The notes under the pieces were generated by a model. The model was not told the origin of the DNA and made no database searches. It saw only the letters and a program-made list of their open reading frames with translations. Both the position numbers and the translations under genes were made by a program. A stretch of DNA of 60,479 bases, counting the filler. It is 6 parts of 6 records of this genome, joined end to end, with 100 filler letters (N's around TTAATTAATTAA, not from the genome) between each part and the next. Parts side by side here need not be neighbours in the genome. Positions count along the whole stretch, not along the records: positions 43,828 to 53,496 come from SRR31156797_23467; positions 53,597 to 60,479 come from SRR31156797_23478; 4 more parts are not named here. One strand, written 5' to 3'. Positions 49,273-59,382 of the stretch are shown here, in pieces; positions within the stretch are counted from its first letter, which is position 1; every line of letters starts with the position of its first letter.

Positions 49273-50544
49273 ATGAATATTGAAAATCACCCCTGTTTCA
49301 ATCCAAACGCCTGTAAAAGCTACGGCCGGGTCCACCTCCCGGTGGCCCCCCGCTGCAATATCCAGTGCAATTTCTGTAACCGGAAGTTTGACTGTGTCAA
49401 TGAAAGCCGGCCCGGTGTCTCCAGCGGTATTCTCAAGCCCTTCCAGGCCATGGAATACCTTGACAGGGTCATGGCCCGGAAGAAAAACATCTCCGTGGTG
49501 GGCATCGCCGGTCCGGGAGACCCCTTTGCCAATCCCGAAGAGACATTGACCACCATTGAGATGGTGGGTGACAGGTATCCTGAGGCTCTCCTGTGCCTTG
49601 CCACCAACGGGCTGAACCTCCCGGATTATCTGGACGATCTGGCCCGGGTGAATGTCAGCCATGTGAGCATCACCATCAATGCGGTGGATACAAGGATCAG
49701 TGAGAAAATATACGCCTGGGTAAGGTATGGCAAAAAATCCCTGCCCCCTGGAAAAGGGGCACGGATTCTCCTGGAAAAACAGATGGCGTCCGTGGCGGGC
49801 CTCAAGGAAAGGGGCATCATCGTTAAGGTCAACACCATTGTGCTCCCCGGCATCAACGACCATCATGTGGTGGATATCGCAAGGGAAATGGCCAAGCTTG
49901 GGGTGGATCTGTTCAACTGCATGCCCTACTACCCCAATGAGGGATCCAATTTCTCCCACCTCAAGGAACCCTCCCCAAAGGAAATCGCCGGGATCCAGAA
50001 CGAGGCCCGGAATTACATTCCCCAGATGATGCACTGCAAGCGGTGCAGGGCGGATGCCGTGGGCATGCTGGATGAGAAACCGGATATGACCCTTTTAACC
50101 AGCCTCAGGGAATGCGCGTCCCTGGAGGAAACTTTCGAACTGGATTCCCCCCCGGACACGCCCCATGTGGCCGTGGCCACCCGGGAAGGGGTGCTGGTGA
50201 ACCAGCACCTTGGAGAGGCCAGTCATCTTGCCATCTTTGACCCAAGGGGAGAAGAACTGGAACTGATTGAGAAAAGAAGGGTGCCTGAACCCGGCGGCCC
50301 AGGGGCCAGGTGGGAGGCCATGGCGGAAATGCTCAAGGATTGCCATCTCATCCTGGTCGCAGGTGTCGGGGAGGCCCCCAGGAAAGTACTCACGGAAAAA
50401 GGCTTTGAAATACTCATGGTCAACGGCCTGATCCAGGAAATCATGGATGCCGTGAAAAATAAGCAAAACATAAATTACCTGAAGAAAAGAGAAGCCCGCC
50501 GCTGCAATGCCGAATGCTCCGGCGCTGGAATGGGATGCATGTAA
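49273..50544 (+). CDS. nifB: radical SAM FeMo-co biosynthesis protein NifB with C-terminal NifX-like domain
   Basis: HPCF, CNIQCNFC, ESRPG, AGPGD, C.RCRADA.G, VN.HLG.A. ATG at 49273 after AAGGA. Confidence 0.97.
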   Translation: MNIENHPCFNPNACKSYGRVHLPVAPRCNIQCNFCNRKFDCVNESRPGVSSGILKPFQAMEYLDRVMARKKNISVVGIAGPGDPFANPEETLTTIEMVGDRYPEALLCLATNGLNLPDYLDDLARVNVSHVSITINAVDTRISEKIYAWVRYGKKSLPPGKGARILLEKQMASVAGLKERGIIVKVNTIVLPGINDHHVVDIAREMAKLGVDLFNCMPYYPNEGSNFSHLKEPSPKEIAGIQNEARNYIPQMMHCKRCRADAVGMLDEKPDMTLLTSLRECASLEETFELDSPPDTPHVAVATREGVLVNQHLGEASHLAIFDPRGEELELIEKRRVPEPGGPGARWEAMAEMLKDCHLILVAGVGEAPRKVLTEKGFEILMVNGLIQEIMDAVKNKQNINYLKKREARRCNAECSGAGMGCM

Positions 50545-50574
50545 AATCATAAAAAATAAAGGAGAAGGAAAAGA

Positions 50575-50880
50575 ATGGAAAAGCCCAGACATCACATACT
50601 GGTATGCGCAAGCTTCAGACCCAACGGAGACCCCAAGGGAAAGTGCCACCGGAAAGACTCCCTCAATTTTCTTCCCTACATTGAAAACGAGATCATTGAC
50701 CGGGGACTTGAAAGTGTCATTGTCTCTTCCACCTGCTGTCTCAAGCTCTGTGATGAGGGCCCTGTGATGGTGGTGTACCCTGAAAACATCTGGTACGGCG
50801 GTGTGGATTCGGAAGATGCCATTGACGAGATCCTGGATGCCCTTGAAAACGGCGGAACCGCCGGGGATTATCTCTTGTAG
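50575..50880 (+). CDS. thioredoxin-like [2Fe-2S] ferredoxin (nif-associated)
   Basis: HILVC...GKC...TCCLKLCDEGP.MVVYP..WY. Confidence 0.92.
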   Translation: MEKPRHHILVCASFRPNGDPKGKCHRKDSLNFLPYIENEIIDRGLESVIVSSTCCLKLCDEGPVMVVYPENIWYGGVDSEDAIDEILDALENGGTAGDYLL

Positions 50881-50921
50881 CAATTGCAGCCGTAGCAAAA
50901 GAAAACGAAAAGGAGCCGGCC

Positions 50922-52106
50922 ATGGTGAACGTAAACAATAAACGAAAAATATGGATGGTGGACACCACCCTGCGGGATGGCGAACAGGCTCCCGGGGTGG
51001 TGTTCAGCACCCATGAAAGAATTGAAATTGCAACGGCCCTTGACCGCATGGGAATAGATGAAATCGAGGCAGGCATCCCGGCCATGGGGGAACAAGCATG
51101 CCGGGATATAAGACGGCTTGCCGGTTTACACCTGTCCTGCATCCTCTCCTGCTGGTGCAGGGCGGACAAGGGGGATATCGAGAAGGCCGCCCGCAGCAAT
51201 ACGCCGGGGGTGCATATCAGTTATCCCACCTCATCCGTCCTCCTTAAAACCTTTGACAGGGACGAGGCATGGGTGATGGATAGCCTCGAAGATCTGGTGG
51301 GCTACGCAAAAAGATATTTTGACAGGGTTACGGTGGGGGCCCAGGACGCTACCCGGACCCGGCATGACTTCCTGTCTAAATTTGCCGAACTTGCCCATTC
51401 TGCAGGGGCCCACCGTCTCCGCCTGGCGGACACGGTGGGAATGATCAGCCCTTCCATGGTAATTACCACTATGACAGCTCTCCGCCACAGGGTGCCGGAG
51501 CTTGAGCTTGAATTCCACGGGCATAATGATCTTGGCATGGCCACGGCCAACGCGGTCACGGCTGTGGAGGCAGGCGCTTCAGCCCTGAGTGTCACCGTTA
51601 ACGGCCTGGGGGAAAGGGCCGGTAATGCGCCCCTTGAAGAGGTGACCATGGCCCTTTTTGAGGTGGGCGGATTTGAAGGAACCATCAACAACGCGGGGAT
51701 GACCGACCTTTGCCGCCTGGTTGCCAGGGCGTCCGGGCAAGCGATTCCCCAATCAAAGCCCATTGTCGGCAAGAACGTGTTCCGCCATGAATCGGGCATT
51801 CATTGTTCAGGTCTTTTAAAGGATTCTTCCTCATACCAGCTGTTTGAACCCGAAAGGGTGGGAAAAAAAGAGAGTGAATATGTTATCGGCTATCATTCAG
51901 GATCCGCCGCCATTTCCCATGTTCTGGAAAAACAGGGCATCGTCATTGACAAAAAAGGGGCAAGGAAACTGATACCCTTTGTCAGGGAAAAGGCCCTTCA
52001 ACAGAAATCGCCACTGACCCCTGCGGAACTCAAGGCCCTCTATCAGAGGCAGGACATAAATTATAGCGCCATGTCGGTCTCCAACCGGACACCCCGGTCA
52101 TCATGA
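50922..52106 (+). CDS. nifV: homocitrate synthase
   Basis: DTTLRDGEQ, ADTVG, H.HNDLG.A.AN, GERAGNA, HESGIH. Located in the nif cluster. Confidence 0.92.
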   Translation: MVNVNNKRKIWMVDTTLRDGEQAPGVVFSTHERIEIATALDRMGIDEIEAGIPAMGEQACRDIRRLAGLHLSCILSCWCRADKGDIEKAARSNTPGVHISYPTSSVLLKTFDRDEAWVMDSLEDLVGYAKRYFDRVTVGAQDATRTRHDFLSKFAELAHSAGAHRLRLADTVGMISPSMVITTMTALRHRVPELELEFHGHNDLGMATANAVTAVEAGASALSVTVNGLGERAGNAPLEEVTMALFEVGGFEGTINNAGMTDLCRLVARASGQAIPQSKPIVGKNVFRHESGIHCSGLLKDSSSYQLFEPERVGKKESEYVIGYHSGSAAISHVLEKQGIVIDKKGARKLIPFVREKALQQKSPLTPAELKALYQRQDINYSAMSVSNRTPRSS

Positions 52107-52178
52107 CCCTATGTTGTATCACTCACGGCAACGCATTGGGCCTTGACAGTTCCGGTGGGTTCATAGGATAACCCCTGT

Positions 52179-52823
52179 ATGGAAACCATATGGATAATCG
52201 GTGCAGGTAAATTCGGACTCAGGGCGGCCAGGTGGCTGTTGAAACAGGAAGGTCAATACAGCGTAACCCTGGTGGATCAGGATGAAACCTCTTTGGATCA
52301 GGCAAGGGCGCTGGGATGCCGGGTGGAGCCCGGCGACGGTATTGAATTTTTAAAGACAAGGCTTACCCGGGAGAGCGGGCCGGACTGGATCGTGCCGGCA
52401 GTGCCGGTTCATTTGGCCTGGGAGTGGTGCCGGTTGAGAATGGACGGAGATTATTTGACTCCATATCCCCTGCCTGAAAAGCTGGAGATGCACCTGCCCA
52501 ATTGCATGCACGGGGCGGGGCATGACATTTATGTCAGCCACGCCGACTTCCTGTGCCCCCCGAACTGCAATGAACCGGATGACAAATGTACGAAGACAGG
52601 TGAGCCTAGAAAACCGGATATGTTCAGGCTTCTGGCAGAGGTGGCGTTTCCGGGAATTACCCCGTTTGTAATTCAAAGTGTTCAGCTGGGACCGGGTGTC
52701 GGTGGCTATCGCCCAAAGGCCTTGTTTGGTCTGCTGGAGCGGATTGAGGCCCACAGGGGATCCTGTTTTGTAGCCACGGCCTGCCGGTGTCACGGGGTGG
52801 TTTCCGGGGGCCGGATGTCCTGA
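52179..52823 (+). CDS. hypothetical protein: N-terminal Rossmann (GAGKFG) + Cys-rich C-terminal domain
   Basis: IIGAGKFG...VD, CPPNCNEP...C..TG, TACRCHGV. Confidence 0.8.
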   Translation: METIWIIGAGKFGLRAARWLLKQEGQYSVTLVDQDETSLDQARALGCRVEPGDGIEFLKTRLTRESGPDWIVPAVPVHLAWEWCRLRMDGDYLTPYPLPEKLEMHLPNCMHGAGHDIYVSHADFLCPPNCNEPDDKCTKTGEPRKPDMFRLLAEVAFPGITPFVIQSVQLGPGVGGYRPKALFGLLERIEAHRGSCFVATACRCHGVVSGGRMS

Positions 52824-53030
52824 AATTAAAAATAACATGAAAATATAGCCAGGATGCGAGTGGTTTCCTGGCTATAATATATGACAAGGCTAAAGATTTG
52901 CCTCAAACCTGCCCCATTGACGTGAGAAGGGTCAAGGGATTAATTATTGATAAGGACAGCAGTATGAAGCTGGGAAGCGTTCAGGCATCGTTTTTTCCAG
53001 TTTCTTCATATACGATTCTCTGAAGTCAAT

Positions 53031-53496
53031 TTATCGGGTTTTATCAAGATGCTCGAGGATAAACGGATAAACGTCCCTGGCGGCGTTTTTTCCAAAAATG
53101 CAATCAATATGACCGTACCTGGGGATCACGTGTCGCTTGTACAGGTCTTTACCGTTCTTTTCTATCAACAGGTTATAGGTGATCTCAGTGCTCTCCGGTA
53201 AAAAACATTCGTTTTCTCCACCTGAGATGAATGCAATGGGGATGGCCAGGCGCTCCAGATGGGGCAGATAACTTTCTTCCCCATGGAAGTTAACCACATG
53301 ACCTTTCCGGGACATCAGCGCCAGATGTTCAAATGATGTGATATTCGCCACCCCGAACCTTCATCAACATAGGCGGTGAGTGAATCCATGCCCAGTTTGT
53401 CCAGGAACGTCGGAACATGTAAACCGGCTTTCAGCTTGGTCAGAAAGGGCACCTTCATATGGGTGGAGACCTGGGAGCAAACCGCGGAACGTACGC
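53031..53496 (-). pseudogene. alpha/beta hydrolase C-terminal part with an internal deletion/frameshift
   Basis: One frame reads VRSAVCSQVSTH...SLTAYVDEGSGW, then another frame reads FGVANITSFEHL...SG..N....PES...YGHIDCIFG. The junction is at 53348-53357. Confidence 0.65.
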
Positions 53497-53596
53497 NNNN
53501 NNNNNNNNNNNNNNNNNNNNNNNNNNNNNNNNNNNNNNNNTTAATTAATTAANNNNNNNNNNNNNNNNNNNNNNNNNNNNNNNNNNNNNNNNNNNN
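53497..53596. other. artificial contig spacer
   Basis: 44 N + TTAATTAATTAA + 44 N. Confidence 0.98.
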
Positions 53597-54444
53597 CCCG
53601 AGGTCAATCCTTCTACTATCTTTCTCTGGAAAACAAGAACAAGGATCAGCAGGGGAACAGTGACGACTACAGAAGCTGCCATGATCTCGCCGAACGGCTC
53701 CTGCCGGGATACGGTTCCACTGAACAGCGCGATGGCCACCGGAACGGTTCTGGCGGCGGGATCCACGGAAGTGAAGGTCAGAGCGAAGAGGTATTCATTC
53801 CATGCGGTGATTACCGCCAGCAGTCCCGTTGACGCCATCGCCGGAAGCGTCAGGGGCAGCAGGATCATATAGAAGGCCTGAAAGGGAGTCGTTCCGTCTA
53901 CTTCTGCGGCCTGAAGCAGGGCATCGGGCAATTCTTTGAAGAATGCGGTGAGGACCCAGGTTGTAAATGGCAATGTGAACAGCATATAGGTCAGAATCAT
54001 ACTGAACCGGGCCGACAGATGGAGGGTTCTGATCATGGCGTAAAGCCCTGTGAGAACCGAGATCTGGGGAAACATAGTCATGGAAAGGATCAAGTAGAGA
54101 AAAAAAGTCTTGCCCGGGAATCGCAGTTTCCCCATGGCGAAGGCGGAAAAAGAACCCAGCGCCAGTCCGAGAACGGTTACGGTTATAGCGATCTGCACAG
54201 AGTTGAGGATCCCTTTGAGAAACTGTCTGTTTGTAAAGATAGCTATATAGTTCTGAAATGAAAATGAGACTTTCAAGGTCTCGGGATCCCTTGGAATAAA
54301 AGTTCCCGGTGTCATCATGAGCTGACTCTCTGTTTTCAGCGAGGATACGATGGCCCAATAGAACGGGACCGTCAGATAGATGAAAAGGATTGCCAGAACG
54401 ATTGCGAATACGATTTTGCTGATAAGGGTGTCTTTACTTTTCAC
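53597..54444 (-). CDS. CUT1 ABC permease (MalG/ThuG-like), last codons truncated
   Basis: P.YW...SSLK, LP..L.QAA.VDG, AWNEYL. GTG start at 54444. Confidence 0.92.
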
Positions 54445-55468
54445 TGTGAATGCCCCCGGATAATCGGATATAGAGGATGTTGAAGACAATAATGATGAAG
54501 AATATGATCACACCCGCTGCTGATGAATAACCCATGGCCTTGTTATTCACAAGTTCGTAGTAGGCGAAACTGGCCAGGGAGAATCTTTTTTGTGCGAAGA
54601 TGATCTGAAAGAGACCGAATACCCGCATGGCGTCCAGTGTCCGGAAGATCAGCGCAACGAATATGGTGGATCGGAGCAATGGCAGCGTTACCTTTCGGAA
54701 CTGGGAAAAAGGACCGCAGCCGTCTACATAGGCGGCCTCATACAGCTCGCCGGGAATCATCTGGAGACCGGCCATCAGCAGGAGGGCCATAAAGGGCGTC
54801 GTTTTCCAGACATCTATGGCGATGATGCAGATGAGCTGGCTCGTTTCATTCACCAGAAAGGGAAACTGTCCGTCCGAAAGCCCGATCTTCTGGGACAGGA
54901 TGTTCAGAAAGCCCGCTCGGGTGGATGTGAGCATCCACTCCCACATCCTTGAAGAGACGGCCGTAGGGATGGCCCATGGCACGAGCATGGCAACCCTCAT
55001 CGCAGATCGCCCCCGAAAATGCCGGGTAAGAACCATGGCCAGAAAGAGTCCGGCAAGAAGCTCAAGCGTTACCGAACAGAATGAGAAGACGATTGTGTCG
55101 CAGATCGCACGGATGAAATCGGGGTCTCCGGCGCCGAGTGTGAACGCGCGGCCTCCGATAGAGAACTCCCTTAATGCCTTGTATCGGAAAGGGCTACGGG
55201 GAAGAACTTTCGCTGAAGACCTGTGCACTGGATTCCCCTCGTCGTCCAGGCCCTCTAGGGGGCGTTCGACAACGGTCATTCCCAGAAGCCTGATATAATT
55301 GTCAAAACCTGTGACATTGACTTCCTTCGATCCTGCAAAGGTCCTGTTCGTCATACTCGTGTAAAAAACGCTTCCCAGTGGATAAATGGCTATTATGATG
55401 AGGATCAACAGGGAAGGTGCCAGAAGGGTGAAGGCCAGCCTTCTCTCTGCTTTCAATTGAATGTTCAT
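54434..55468 (-). CDS. CUT1 ABC permease (MalF/ThuF-like)
   Basis: PWAIPT.VS, DVWKTTPF, IP.ELYEAA.VDG, RTLDA.R.F. Confidence 0.93.
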   Translation of the reverse strand: MNIQLKAERRLAFTLLAPSLLILIIIAIYPLGSVFYTSMTNRTFAGSKEVNVTGFDNYIRLLGMTVVERPLEGLDDEGNPVHRSSAKVLPRSPFRYKALREFSIGGRAFTLGAGDPDFIRAICDTIVFSFCSVTLELLAGLFLAMVLTRHFRGRSAMRVAMLVPWAIPTAVSSRMWEWMLTSTRAGFLNILSQKIGLSDGQFPFLVNETSQLICIIAIDVWKTTPFMALLLMAGLQMIPGELYEAAYVDGCGPFSQFRKVTLPLLRSTIFVALIFRTLDAMRVFGLFQIIFAQKRFSLASFAYYELVNNKAMGYSSAAGVIIFFIIIVFNILYIRLSGGIHSEK

Positions 55469-55542
55469 GATTTTCCTTTGATTGTCTCAACGGCGCGGAA
55501 GCCGAAGGCCTGGAATGATGGACAGGGCGTTCTCCCCCGGCC

Positions 55543-55576
55543 GCGCTTCAATCCCCCAGCAGAGGGATTGAAGCGC
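55543..55576 (-). other. 13-bp-stem hairpin after the SBP gene
   Basis: GCGCTTCAATCCC, 8-nt loop, GGGATTGAAGCGC. An extra AGGGATTGAA copy lies at 55581-55590. Confidence 0.75.
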
Positions 55577-55596
55577 TGAAAGGGATTGAACCCGGA

Positions 55597-56892
55597 TTAC
55601 CGGTCAATCAGATCCTGGATATCCATCTCCATGATTTCCACCGCATCGGCCGCGTTTGTTTTACCGCTCAATACATCATGTATGTTTGTATAGAAAATGC
55701 GTGAAAGTTCCGCATAATGGGGAGACGAGAGGGTTGATGGGCGGGCCACTGCCTGAGTGAAAACCGCATCCAGGTCCTTGATAATGGGAGTGGCGTCCGT
55801 TATATCGGCATCGTTGAACAGGGCGGGAATCGTAGGGATCTTGGAGCCTTCGATGGCGCGCATCTTCTGAACGGCCTCTCCGCACATGAAGAGGATGAAA
55901 TCAGCGGCGGCTTCCTTGTTTTCGCTGTATTTGCTGAGGGACAGCTGCCATCCGCCGAGAGATGCGGCGCTCTTGCCGGCCTTATCGCCGGGGAGAGCCT
56001 GTACGCCGAAATCGCCCTGTATTCCGCTCCCTTCTGTAGAACCGAGGCGGTAGCAATAGGGCCAGTTTCTCATAAACATGGCGTTCCTGCCCTGGAACAT
56101 CTTTCTGGCATCTTCTTCGGCAAAGGCCAGGACGCCTTCCGGAGATATCTCTCCTACCCACGACGCCGCCCTTTCCAGCGCCTTAATGGCGGCAGGGTTA
56201 TTGATCGATACCGAACCGTCTTCTTCTATGATTGTTCCCCCGTCATGGGACGCTACCCATTCCAGAGCGTCACAGGTCAATCCCTCATAGGCGTTGCCCT
56301 GCCATACGAATCCCCAGAAGTCCTGATTGCCGGCCTTCCTTTCTCCCGCCTGAACGGTAGCCGCAATGAATTCCAGCTCATCCCAAGTCTTCACAGGGGC
56401 TGAGAAGCCGTATTTCTCCAACAGGTCCTTTCGATAATACATAAGGCCGCCATCCGTATACCAGGGCATGGCGACGAGTCGGCTGTCTACGGTGTTGTTT
56501 CGTACGATAGAGGGAAAGTGCTCGCCCAGTTTCTCTCTGGCACCATAGGAGTTCAGATCCTCGAAGTGGACGGCCAGATCCCCTGGCCATACGACGTCCA
56601 CCTGAAAAACATCCACTTCGCTGGATCGGGACTCGAAGAACTGGAGATAGAGCCCTAAGCGATCGGTGGAAAGGTCGGGCGTTTCCAGAAAACGGACCTC
56701 AACATCCGGATGCAGAGCCATGTACTCAGCCGCTGACTTTTTAGCCAGATCCAGCTCTCCCCCCACAGCGCCTGCGGCAACGGTGATCACAGTCTTGCCT
56801 GACGCTTGCGCGCTTTCCTGCTGCCCGGCGGCCCAGAGGGAAGCGCTGAGCAGAACCAGTGCTGTCAGAACCAGTGATAATACTCTTTTCAT
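55597..56892 (-). CDS. alpha-glucoside (trehalose/maltose ThuE-type) ABC substrate-binding protein
   Basis: Signal LWAAGQQE, DVVWPG, P.YTD.G.MYYRKDLL, QG.AYEGLTC, FMRNWPY, LGGW.L. Confidence 0.92.
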   Translation of the reverse strand: MKRVLSLVLTALVLLSASLWAAGQQESAQASGKTVITVAAGAVGGELDLAKKSAAEYMALHPDVEVRFLETPDLSTDRLGLYLQFFESRSSEVDVFQVDVVWPGDLAVHFEDLNSYGAREKLGEHFPSIVRNNTVDSRLVAMPWYTDGGLMYYRKDLLEKYGFSAPVKTWDELEFIAATVQAGERKAGNQDFWGFVWQGNAYEGLTCDALEWVASHDGGTIIEEDGSVSINNPAAIKALERAASWVGEISPEGVLAFAEEDARKMFQGRNAMFMRNWPYCYRLGSTEGSGIQGDFGVQALPGDKAGKSAASLGGWQLSLSKYSENKEAAADFILFMCGEAVQKMRAIEGSKIPTIPALFNDADITDATPIIKDLDAVFTQAVARPSTLSSPHYAELSRIFYTNIHDVLSGKTNAADAVEIMEMDIQDLIDR

Positions 56893-56903
56893 AACATTCT
56901 CCT

Positions 56904-58577
56904 TTATCGATGTTTGTATTTATGGTCATCCCAGAGGGACGATTCCCAGGGTTGGATCCTCACGGGGTCAGAGCTGTCGCAGTTGCTGAGCAGGCAGCGT
57001 CCTCCCTCCGTGAAGTCGCGGGGAAGGCAGACCGCGTCTCCGCTGAAATTACAGATGACCAGGAGGCTCTTCTCATCAGACTCCCGTCTATAGCACAGCA
57101 CTTTGTTCCCCCAGTCCTCTATGCGCTCGGCCTCAATGCGAAACCTGCCGTAGATCAGGGTCTCCTTGTTCGCCTTGCGGAAGGCTGTGAGATCCCTGAA
57201 GTAATGCAGTACGGAAGAGGGATCGGTTTCGGCATTTTCGACATTGACTTTCCTGTAATCGGGGTGAAAGGGAATCCAGGCTTCCTTTGCCGTCGTAAAG
57301 CCGCCTCCCGATGCGGCCGACCATGGCATGGGAGTTCGGCTGTTGTCACGGCTGAATCGTTTGATCATCTTCATAGACGCCCGGCGTTCATCCTCAGAGC
57401 GAAGGCTGCGCCAGTAGTTCAGTGTGTCTATATCGCGGTAGTCTTCTATCCGGTCGAAGCCGGGATTGGCCACACCCAGTTCTTCGCCCTGGTAGACGTA
57501 GGGGGTGCCCCAAAGGGTCAGAAGATGGGTCAGGAGCATCTTGGCTGAACGGACTCTGTACCCCTGGTCGTCTCCGTATCGGGAGACCGAGCGGGGCTGG
57601 TCATGATTCATCAGGTAATTACAGTTCCAACCTCCATCGCGGAGGGCCTTGTACCATCGTTCCAGAATTTCACGGTAGGCAGGAAGAGAGAAGTCTTTCC
57701 CCTTCCATTTGTTATTGTTATCCCTGTCGACGGTGGTATGGTCGAACTGGAAAAGCATGGATAGCTCATTTCTTTTTTCACTCACGAAGTCCAGGGCCTT
57801 ACCGGCGGGAATTCCGGGGCATTCTCCCACGGTGAAGATGTCCCGCCCGGCCAGGACTTCCCTATGCATCTCCTGGAGGAACTCATGCTGTCTGGGGCCG
57901 TTGACGTAGGGACCGTTTCGAAAACCGGTGCCCGCTTCGATATCTCTCAGGTCCTCCGGTTTGGATATGTACGTGATCACATCCATGCGGAAGCCGTCAA
58001 TTCCCATGTCGAGCCACCAGTTCATCATGTCATAGATCTCACGGCGGAGGGGGGCATGATCCCAGTTCAGATCGGGTTGCTGGGGGGTGAAAAGATGAAG
58101 ATAGTATTCTCCGGTAACGGGATCCAGCTCCCAGGCGTCTCCTCCGAAACAACCCTTCCAGTTATTGGGTTTTTTCCCCTCAACCGGAGCGCGCCATATG
58201 TAATAATCCCGTTTATCGCTGTCCTTTGCGGAGCTGGACTCTATAAACCAGGGATGGCGATCCGAGCTATGGTTGACAACCAGATCCATAATAAGCCTGA
58301 GCCCTCTCTCGTGGCATGCCTCAAGGAGCTTTTTGAACTCATCCACCGTACCGAATTCTTTCAATACGGAACTGTAATCGCTGATGTCGTAGCCATTGTC
58401 CAGGTTGGGTGACTCGTAGATCGGATTGAGCCATATAAGGTCTACGCCGAGACTCTTGATATAATCGAGCTTTTCCCGGATACCTCGGAGATCGCCGATA
58501 CCGTCAGCGTTCGTATCGTAAAAACTGCGGGGATAGACCTGGTACACCACGCCCTCTTTCCACCAGGGTTGATTCAA
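56904..58577 (-). CDS. GH13 alpha-glucosidase (oligo-1,6-glucosidase subfamily)
   Basis: YQVYPRSF, DNGYD, DLVVNH, QPDLNW, GFRMDVI (nucleophile), GEC, NHDQPR. TTG start with AAGGAG. Confidence 0.95.
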   Translation of the reverse strand: MNQPWWKEGVVYQVYPRSFYDTNADGIGDLRGIREKLDYIKSLGVDLIWLNPIYESPNLDNGYDISDYSSVLKEFGTVDEFKKLLEACHERGLRLIMDLVVNHSSDRHPWFIESSSAKDSDKRDYYIWRAPVEGKKPNNWKGCFGGDAWELDPVTGEYYLHLFTPQQPDLNWDHAPLRREIYDMMNWWLDMGIDGFRMDVITYISKPEDLRDIEAGTGFRNGPYVNGPRQHEFLQEMHREVLAGRDIFTVGECPGIPAGKALDFVSEKRNELSMLFQFDHTTVDRDNNNKWKGKDFSLPAYREILERWYKALRDGGWNCNYLMNHDQPRSVSRYGDDQGYRVRSAKMLLTHLLTLWGTPYVYQGEELGVANPGFDRIEDYRDIDTLNYWRSLRSEDERRASMKMIKRFSRDNSRTPMPWSAASGGGFTTAKEAWIPFHPDYRKVNVENAETDPSSVLHYFRDLTAFRKANKETLIYGRFRIEAERIEDWGNKVLCYRRESDEKSLLVICNFSGDAVCLPRDFTEGGRCLLSNCDSSDPVRIQPWESSLWDDHKYKHR

Positions 58578-58612
58578 AATGAGCTCCTTGCTATTTGATA
58601 TGGTTCGGTTAT

Positions 58613-59344
58613 TTAGTCCCTTGGAATCTCACCGAGCTTCCGGCTGTCTTCCATGACCTGCTTGAGATGGTATCTCAATGCTTCAGATGTAGAATCCGGA
58701 TCACGGGCTTCCATTTTCTTCAGAATGTCCTCATGCTCCGAACAGGTTTCTTCCATTCTGTTTTCTCTTCCATAATGCTCTTCCTGTTTCCTCGTGAGAA
58801 AAATGATATCGGGAAGCAGGTTGCAGAACTGAGATTTCAGAACCTGATTATCGCTCAGCTCCAGAATCCTGTAGTGAAAGTACAGATCGTCATCAATGGC
58901 CTCTTCAGAGCTTTGCTGATGGCTCAGATAATTGTTATGGAGTTCCCATAGCTCAGCGATCTGATGGGGTTCCGCCTTCTGCGCGGCTTCCCTGATGGCA
59001 GTTGTTTCAATGAGCATTCTCATTTCCATCAGATGCTCGGGATTCAGATCCTCACGACTGTCCAGGATGTTTTTCATCAGGGTCATCAGGATATGCTTGC
59101 CGAAATCACGGAGATAGGTTCCGCTCTGAGGCTTGGCAATCAGAATGCCATTGCGTTCCAGGAGGGTTATGGCGTCGTGCACCTGGGCTCGGCTGACATG
59201 CATTACTTTTTGAAGATCCGCTTCAGACGGGAGTTTGTCTCCTGGAAGAAGATGATTGTCAGCTATAAGATTCATAATCTGTTCTATAATCAGATAAGGG
59301 GGTTGCTTCGGAACGATTCTTTTAAAGCGCTTGAGCTTGTCCAT
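58613..59344 (-). CDS. GntR/FadR-family transcriptional regulator (FCD domain)
   Basis: PGDKLPSE..L.....VSR, GTY, E.R..IE, D..FH, EH..I. ATG at 59344 after AAGGAG. Confidence 0.92.
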   Translation of the reverse strand: MDKLKRFKRIVPKQPPYLIIEQIMNLIADNHLLPGDKLPSEADLQKVMHVSRAQVHDAITLLERNGILIAKPQSGTYLRDFGKHILMTLMKNILDSREDLNPEHLMEMRMLIETTAIREAAQKAEPHQIAELWELHNNYLSHQQSSEEAIDDDLYFHYRILELSDNQVLKSQFCNLLPDIIFLTRKQEEHYGRENRMEETCSEHEDILKKMEARDPDSTSEALRYHLKQVMEDSRKLGEIPRD

Positions 59345-59382
59345 GCCGGTTCTCCTTAGGGTCGCATTCATTATAGCTTCAC

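Noticed and set aside
40519-52106. nifS-nifU next to nifDKENB as one nitrogen-fixation island
   Set aside because: They are separated by an artificial spacer (43728-43827) and differ strongly in GC, so they come from different organisms.
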